From Spirochaetia bacterium (GTDB lineage Bacteria; Spirochaetota; Spirochaetia; UBA9216), in contig OY776510.1 of NCBI GenBank assembly GCA_963675665.1, forward strand, positions 2,816,001 to 2,880,000: DNA of 64,000 bases, read 5' to 3'. Under the pieces are notes generated by a model. The model did no database searches and was not told where the DNA came from. It saw nothing but the letters and a program-made list of their open reading frames with translations. A program made the translations under genes and the position numbers. Of this stretch, positions 58,550 to 64,000 are shown in pieces; the first letter of the stretch is position 1, and each line of letters begins with the position of its first letter.

Positions 58550-59830
58550 ATGTCAATTTTTCCAATAGTAATAGTAATGGTATTGTATTTTTCAAGTATT
58601 CCCATTGCTTTTGCACTTCTTGCGGCTGCCCTGGCTTATTTTACTTTCGGAGATGTGGGGACACCTCCGGATCTGATTCTGCAGAAATTCATAACAGCGT
58701 CATCATCTTTTCCGCTGCTGGCTGTGCCGTTCTTTATTATGATGGGTGAGATAATGAACTTTTCAGGAATAAGTTCAAGCCTGATGAAAATGGCTGATGT
58801 GCTCACCGGTCATATGAAGGGAGGTCTGGCGCAGGTTAATGTCGTATTAAGCACCATGATGGGAGGGATCTCAGGATCAGCTAATGCCGATGCTGCAATG
58901 CAGTCCAAAATCCTTGTGCCTGAAATGGAAAAAAGAGGGTACGGCAAGGCTTTCTCAACTGCAATTACAGCTGCTTCTTCATCTATTGCTCCTGTTATTC
59001 CTCCAGGGATTAATCTTATAATTTATGCTTTGATTGCACGGGCGTCTGTGGCCAAGATGTTTATCGGCGGTTATGTACCTGGACTTCTTATGTGTATTGC
59101 CCTGATGGTCACGGTTTATATTATTTCCAGTAAAAGGGGTTATAAACCGACAAGGGAAAAAATGTCGTCCCCTGGCAATATCTTCAAGCAATTAAAAGAG
59201 TCCATATGGGCATTATTACTTCCTTTCGGAATCATTCTGGGAATACGGTTCGGTATTTTTACACCTACTGAGGCAGGCGCTATAGCTGTGCTTTTTTGTA
59301 CTTTTGTAGGCGTCTTTTTCTATAAAAAGCTGAAATGGAAGCATCTTCCGATCATTTTGAAAAATACTGTTTATTCAACAAGCTCTGTTGTTTTAATAAT
59401 TGTTGCAGCTTCTGTTTTCGGACAATATATGGCCTGGGAAAGAATTCCGTATGAACTGACGAAATCTCTGATTTCTTTATCTGAATCGCCATGGCTTATG
59501 CTGGTAGTAATCAATATATTTCTGCTTTTACTGGGAATGTTTCTTGAGGGAGGGGCGGTTCTTATTATAGTAGCTCCGCTTCTGGTCCCTGTAATAAGTT
59601 CGATGGGTATTGATGTAATTCATTTCGGTCTTATATTAATTGTTAATATTATGATAGGCGGAATCACACCTCCCTTCGGTTCCATGATGTTCACCACATG
59701 TTCGATTACTAAAGTACAAATCGGAGATTTTATGAGGGAGGTATGGCCGTTTATTATTGCCCTGATTATTGTACTTATAATAGTTACTTACATTCCTTCA
59801 ATTGTGTTGTTTCTTCCCAATCTTTTATAG
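58550..59830 (+). CDS. dctM: TRAP large permease
   Basis: LLAVPFF, GGISGSANAD, IPPG, FTPTEA, ITPPFG. Confidence 0.94.
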   Translation: MSIFPIVIVMVLYFSSIPIAFALLAAALAYFTFGDVGTPPDLILQKFITASSSFPLLAVPFFIMMGEIMNFSGISSSLMKMADVLTGHMKGGLAQVNVVLSTMMGGISGSANADAAMQSKILVPEMEKRGYGKAFSTAITAASSSIAPVIPPGINLIIYALIARASVAKMFIGGYVPGLLMCIALMVTVYIISSKRGYKPTREKMSSPGNIFKQLKESIWALLLPFGIILGIRFGIFTPTEAGAIAVLFCTFVGVFFYKKLKWKHLPIILKNTVYSTSSVVLIIVAASVFGQYMAWERIPYELTKSLISLSESPWLMLVVINIFLLLLGMFLEGGAVLIIVAPLLVPVISSMGIDVIHFGLILIVNIMIGGITPPFGSMMFTTCSITKVQIGDFMREVWPFIIALIIVLIIVTYIPSIVLFLPNLL

Positions 59831-59853
59831 AAGGATAAAACCGGCTGTAACAG

Positions 59854-60708
59854 TTATTTAATGTTCCGGAGAATAAGAAAGCAGAATATATAATTTATCA
59901 GGGTTGCGGCCGGGAAGACTGCAAATTCTGCCGGATTTACCTCGATACCGTTCAGTTTCATAAGAATTGCCATCATTGTTACAGCAGAAAACAGGGTGGC
60001 TCCTTTCAGCACAATAACCGTCGACAGGGCGTAGCCTATATTCAGCTTTAAAAACAATGCGGTTGCAGCAATAAGCGTTGCAGGAACAATGATTCCCAGA
60101 TCCATCGCCTGTATAACCAGTGTTGTATAGGATTCAAGTCCGACCGGGGCTGTGCCGGTTCCAATCGTCGGAATAATTCTTGCAAGCCACATGAACAGCA
60201 GCATTATTCCAATAAAGATAAAGAATATTCCGGTGCTGCGACGGGGAAAACCCGGTTTTATGTGTGATTTGATTTTATTTATATCCAGATCAATAAGCGA
60301 AAGAATAAATCCGAAAAGCGATAATGAGAAGAGCAAAACATATATCAAAAAAATATTGTTATAAGTCATAAGAAATGCATATGACATATACGTATAAAGA
60401 AAGTAGCCGAGGGTTCCGGTAAGCAAAAGCCTGCCTCTGTAACTTTCCTTAACCGCCATCAGCAGCGATATTACCAGCAGCGGGATTCCTGTGACAAGCG
60501 TAACCCAATCCTGGGCTATAGCCTGAACGGCGTACGAATGGGATTCCCGCTGATACAATCCCCGACCATGTATTTCAATTTCTTCACCCCATTGGGACAT
60601 TATTGTATATGATTTGCCTTCTCCGGGGATTATTGCGGTGATACATACTGCCGCCGACAGTACGATAACCATTATTGTTATTGCTGTTATGATTTTCATG
60701 TGTTTCAT
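59854..60708 (-). CDS. Hypothetical multi-pass membrane protein
   Basis: About 8 hydrophobic segments; 'QDWVTL', 'YFLYTYMSY', 'IQAMDLG'; start overlaps the TetR stop. Confidence 0.75.
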   Translation of the reverse strand: MKHMKIITAITIMVIVLSAAVCITAIIPGEGKSYTIMSQWGEEIEIHGRGLYQRESHSYAVQAIAQDWVTLVTGIPLLVISLLMAVKESYRGRLLLTGTLGYFLYTYMSYAFLMTYNNIFLIYVLLFSLSLFGFILSLIDLDINKIKSHIKPGFPRRSTGIFFIFIGIMLLFMWLARIIPTIGTGTAPVGLESYTTLVIQAMDLGIIVPATLIAATALFLKLNIGYALSTVIVLKGATLFSAVTMMAILMKLNGIEVNPAEFAVFPAATLINYIFCFLILRNIK

Positions 60709-61292
60709 GTTAATCCTCGTAAAATAATATCTGTATAAAGCTCAATATAATTCTGAATTTCAGGCTCGCCGAGATGCGGGCCTTTATTTATAAGCATAAC
60801 CGATGTGCTTCGCAGTGAGCCGAGTAAAATTTCAACTGATTTCTCGGTGTCATTTTTCAGTTCCGTTTTTACACATTTCTTCAATATATGCGAGAGAAGT
60901 TCTGATAATCTCTTTTCTGATTCGGACGGCATGTGACGGGAGCTGTTGATTCCCTGAATAACGGCTTTGTAAAACGACGGATTTGAAAGTGCATTCCTGA
61001 TATGACGGTTAATCATTGATCTGAAAAAATCGGCCGATTCGATGTTTTGTCTGCTTGCGAGTGTCATTACTTCAACGGTTTCGGAGAAAACATTTTCGAT
61101 AATTGCATGCAGCAGATCTTCCTTGTTTTTGAAATACAGATAAATGGTCCGTGGAGAATAATCAATGGACTCGGCAAGCAGCCTTATTGTAAACCGGCTG
61201 TAGCCTTTTTCCATGATAATGCCGATTGCTTTTTCTATAATAAGGGTTTTCAGATTTTCCTTATGTTTTTGTTTTCTGCTTTCAGTACTCAT
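60705..61292 (-). CDS. TetR/AcrR-family regulator
   Basis: 'GYSRFTIRLLA..IDYSPRTIYLYFKNKEDL'. Confidence 0.92.
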   Translation of the reverse strand: MSTESRKQKHKENLKTLIIEKAIGIIMEKGYSRFTIRLLAESIDYSPRTIYLYFKNKEDLLHAIIENVFSETVEVMTLASRQNIESADFFRSMINRHIRNALSNPSFYKAVIQGINSSRHMPSESEKRLSELLSHILKKCVKTELKNDTEKSVEILLGSLRSTSVMLINKGPHLGEPEIQNYIELYTDIILRGLT

Positions 61293-61322
61293 AAAATCCT
61301 TTTGTAAAACAAATTGCTAAAG

Positions 61323-61371
61323 TAAACAATGTATATTTAATAAACAATGTATATTTAATAAACAATGTATA
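61323..61371. repeat. 18-bp tandem repeat (2.7 copies), probable TetR operator array
   Basis: TAAACAATGTATATTTAA at 61323 and 61341, plus TAAACAATGTATA at 61359. Confidence 0.8.
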
Positions 61372-61435
61372 CATAAATTAATATTTTGTCAAGCTGCTTG
61401 ATAACATACTGCTGTTTGTATATTCTACCGGGGTT

Positions 61436-61960
61436 ATGACAGAATACTTCGACGTTGTGGATACCAACGATATAATAATCAGCAAAGCAGCAAGAAAAGA
61501 AGTCCACGGGAATCCTGAGCTTATTCACCGCGTATCCCATGTTATTGTATTCAACCATAAAGGTGAGCTTTTCCTTCAAAAAAGATCCCGGAATAAAACA
61601 GTTCAGCCGGGAAAGTGGGATACTTCCGTTGGAGGTCATGTTGATGCAGGTGAGGATTATCTGGATGCTGCAATCAGAGAGACCGCAGAAGAACTCGGCA
61701 TCAAAGCCGGGGCGGAATCATTCGGATATCTTTATAAATATCTTCACAGAAACAAGTTTGAATCTGAGTATGTTTCAACCTACAGACTTGTATGGAACGG
61801 AGAGATTAAAATTCAGGAGTCTGAAATAGATGACGGCAGATTCTGGTGCATTGATGAAATAAGGAAAACAGCAGATACTGCAAACGAAGCTGAAAATTCG
61901 ATTTTCACTCCAAACTTTCTGGATGAGTTTGACCGGTTTACAAAAGTCCTCCGATTATAA
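61436..61960 (+). CDS. NUDIX hydrolase (YfcD/IDI-like subgroup)
   Basis: HRVSH, LQKRS..K, GGHVDAGEDYLDAAIRETAEELG Nudix box. Confidence 0.9.
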   Translation: MTEYFDVVDTNDIIISKAARKEVHGNPELIHRVSHVIVFNHKGELFLQKRSRNKTVQPGKWDTSVGGHVDAGEDYLDAAIRETAEELGIKAGAESFGYLYKYLHRNKFESEYVSTYRLVWNGEIKIQESEIDDGRFWCIDEIRKTADTANEAENSIFTPNFLDEFDRFTKVLRL

Positions 61961-62522
61961 GCAGCTGGGCAGCGATATAGGTAACCACTATTATTGTGCC
62001 GATACCCTTAAACTTTCTTTTAAAATTACGGACGCTAATCAGCGTGTCGGAAATGATGAAAAGAATACTTCCGGAGAACGTCATTAAGAAAGAATAAAAC
62101 GGAAGGTTCCAGAATCTCGTCAGGCTTGAATAACTCATAAGCAGAAGAACTGATATATACACGGTAGCTACCAGGAAGATTGACGACATATTATGTGCAA
62201 GCAATTTGTTAAAAAGGATAATGTAGATAATATATGGAACCAGAGCAACAGCGCAAAACAGGGGATAAGAAGTAAAAACCTGAAGTCCTCCGGCACTCTC
62301 CAGAAAGACATAGATATAAAAGAGATGGCCGACCATAAATGAAAACGCTCCGGCAATAAACCAGCTTTTACGATTTTTTATTAAGAGCAGATCACCGATA
62401 TAACAGAAACCCAGGGAAACCAGAACAAAAGGATTAATCTGCCGGGCTGCAGAAAGATAGATAGCTGTAATAGCCGGGACCCAAAAAGGTTTTGTCAATA
62501 TTTTAAATTTATGAAGCGTCAT
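61938..62522 (-). CDS. Lysoplasmalogenase (YhhN/TMEM86 family)
   Basis: 'LTKP', 'IGDLLL', 'FMVGHLFY', 'GSILFIISD', 'TYIAAQ'; start at ATG 62522 with GAGG RBS. Confidence 0.85.
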   Translation of the reverse strand: MTLHKFKILTKPFWVPAITAIYLSAARQINPFVLVSLGFCYIGDLLLIKNRKSWFIAGAFSFMVGHLFYIYVFLESAGGLQVFTSYPLFCAVALVPYIIYIILFNKLLAHNMSSIFLVATVYISVLLLMSYSSLTRFWNLPFYSFLMTFSGSILFIISDTLISVRNFKRKFKGIGTIIVVTYIAAQLLIIGGLL

Positions 62523-62624
62523 TTTACCTCCGTCGCTATTAAAAATATAATCAGAATCAGCTGAAATACAACAATTTTTTTGCCCTGGTAGACTATGGAT
62601 AATCAGCGCGTTATAATTTGAAAG

Positions 62625-64000
62625 ATGGCAGAGATAATTATAACAGGTCACAGAAACCCGGATATGGATTCGGTTTGCGCAGCCTGGTGTTACGCTGAAT
62701 TCAGAAACAGAACTGATCCGGTTAATAACTATACGGCGGTAAGATGCGGCAGTCTGAACAATCAGACCCGAACCGCGTTTAAATCGGCCGGTGTCGAACC
62801 CCCGCGATTTATCAAGGATGTCAGCCCCAAGGTTTCGGACGTAACAAGACGCGATATTGTAAGTCTTGATATTAATGAACCGGTTTTCCACGCTATAAAG
62901 ATTCTTGATGAACAGAACGTCAGCTGCCTGCCGGTTTTTGAAGAAGGTTCGGTTTTCCGCGGAATAATAACAATTCACCAGATAAGCGGCTTTCTTATCT
63001 CAGAGAACCTCGGCAAAAGACCTGTTTACCGGTTCAGAATCGAGAATTTTCAGGATGTACTGCCCGGATTTTTTTATAAAAGAGGTGAAGCCTCCGAATT
63101 TACGGCCCCGGTTATGACCGGTGCAATGCCCGTAGAGATAAGTCGCGAACGTATTGAGGCGCTGAAGCCTGAAAAACCTGTCCTTGTTGTCGGACTGCGC
63201 GAAGAGCTTATCAGATTTGCTATTGAAAACAATTTTCCGGCTGTTATTCTGACCGGTGCGGAAGACGATTCACAGCTTCCGATTGATTTTAACGGATATT
63301 CCGGCACGGTTTATATCTCCCGGGCGGATACCGCGGAAACCATAAGGCTTCTGAGGCTGAGCGCTCCGGTGAAGGATATAATGAATACAAAACCCGAGAT
63401 AATACAGGCCGACAGCGGATTCGATGAAGCGAAAAACCTGCTGGTAAATTCAAGCTACCGCGGGCTTCCCGTATTCAGCGGAGACATTTTCAGCGGGATA
63501 GTAACCCGCCGATGTTTTATAGAAAAGCCTATGCGGAAGCTGATAATGGTTGATCATAACGAGATTAGCCAGTCCGTACCCGGCGCCGATCAGGCTGAGA
63601 TTGTTGGAATAATAGACCATCACAGGATATCTCCCCAGCCTACCAAAACACCTATCCATATGGATGTTCGGCCGGTAGGCAGCACCTGTACAATAATATT
63701 CGGACATTTTGAGACCGCCGGTCTGGAAATCGGAATTGAGACTGCAAATCTTCTTCTGGCGGGCATTCTTTCCGATACGGTAATACTGAAATCGCCTACT
63801 ACAACAGGCGAGGACCGAAGGGCTGCCGGAAAACTGGAGGTAATATGCGGCACAACGGTAGAAGCCTACGGGCGTGAACTTCTGGAAAACAGCGCTGTAC
63901 TGGAGAAGACGCCTCCGGCAGAGCTTATAGGCACGGATTTCAAGGAATACCGCGAAAAGTCAATCAGCTTCGGCGTCGGCCAGGCTGAGGTTATAAACCT
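62625..64000 (+). CDS. ppaC: Mn-dependent family II inorganic pyrophosphatase with CBS/DRTGG insert (3'-truncated by the window edge)
   Basis: MAEIIITGHRNPDMDSVCAA, CBS-like segments, MVDHNE, IIDHHR, RPVGSTCTI, GILSDTV..KSPTTT; no stop before the window end, so absent from the ORF track. Confidence 0.9.
   Translation, partial: MAEIIITGHRNPDMDSVCAAWCYAEFRNRTDPVNNYTAVRCGSLNNQTRTAFKSAGVEPPRFIKDVSPKVSDVTRRDIVSLDINEPVFHAIKILDEQNVSCLPVFEEGSVFRGIITIHQISGFLISENLGKRPVYRFRIENFQDVLPGFFYKRGEASEFTAPVMTGAMPVEISRERIEALKPEKPVLVVGLREELIRFAIENNFPAVILTGAEDDSQLPIDFNGYSGTVYISRADTAETIRLLRLSAPVKDIMNTKPEIIQADSGFDEAKNLLVNSSYRGLPVFSGDIFSGIVTRRCFIEKPMRKLIMVDHNEISQSVPGADQAEIVGIIDHHRISPQPTKTPIHMDVRPVGSTCTIIFGHFETAGLEIGIETANLLLAGILSDTVILKSPTTTGEDRRAAGKLEVICGTTVEAYGRELLENSAVLEKTPPAELIGTDFKEYREKSISFGVGQAEVIN

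Noticed and set aside
61323-61371. CRISPR array
   Set aside because: Contiguous 18-bp units with no spacers, and no cas genes.
61436-61960. Type 1 IPP isomerase completing a mevalonate pathway
   Set aside because: Lacks the catalytic Cys (WDTSVGGH instead of WTNxCCxHP) and retains an intact Nudix box.
62523-62978. 5' extension of the 346-aa YhhN ORF, and the minus-strand ORFs at 63074-63853
   Set aside because: They are antisense to the pyrophosphatase gene starting at 62625.

Overview
Chromosomal window from a bacterium that is most likely a free-living, anaerobic member of the Spirochaetales (inferred from 'MVFAGGQQE'-type signal peptides, spirochaete-style lipoboxes, a Bat operon and FabV/Ter). 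It is mostly housekeeping and accessory metabolism: LPP20 lipoproteins, a preQ1-riboswitch-controlled queuosine precursor transporter, an MCP, a MoxR/DUF58/BatABCDE operon, fabD-G-F-Z-V plus a displaced fabH, trpS, a GH78/MFS/AraC island, LemA/TPM, a phosphohexomutase, dapL, a TRAP locus and a CBS-type PPase. The main points of interest are five. (1) A complete IS110/IS1111-type element (2567-4062), whose CT cores, sub-terminal inverted repeats, circle-junction promoter, REP-like target and bridge/seek-RNA guides can be read directly from the sequence. (2) A divergent locus encoding an SLH-like protein, an OM barrel, a soluble FecR protein and a lipoprotein opposite a CHASE2 adenylate cyclase and a non-canonical cyclase, which is a candidate trans-envelope cAMP signalling system. 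(3) A DeoR-regulated TRAP + mevalonate-kinase-like + DHH locus with GlpR-type boxes. (4) A shared 21-bp palindrome in front of both fabD and fabH. (5) A Cache-type adenylate cyclase coupled to an orphan solute-binding protein. No rRNA, tRNA or CRISPR array was seen. All family calls come from motif recognition by eye; no database search was run.
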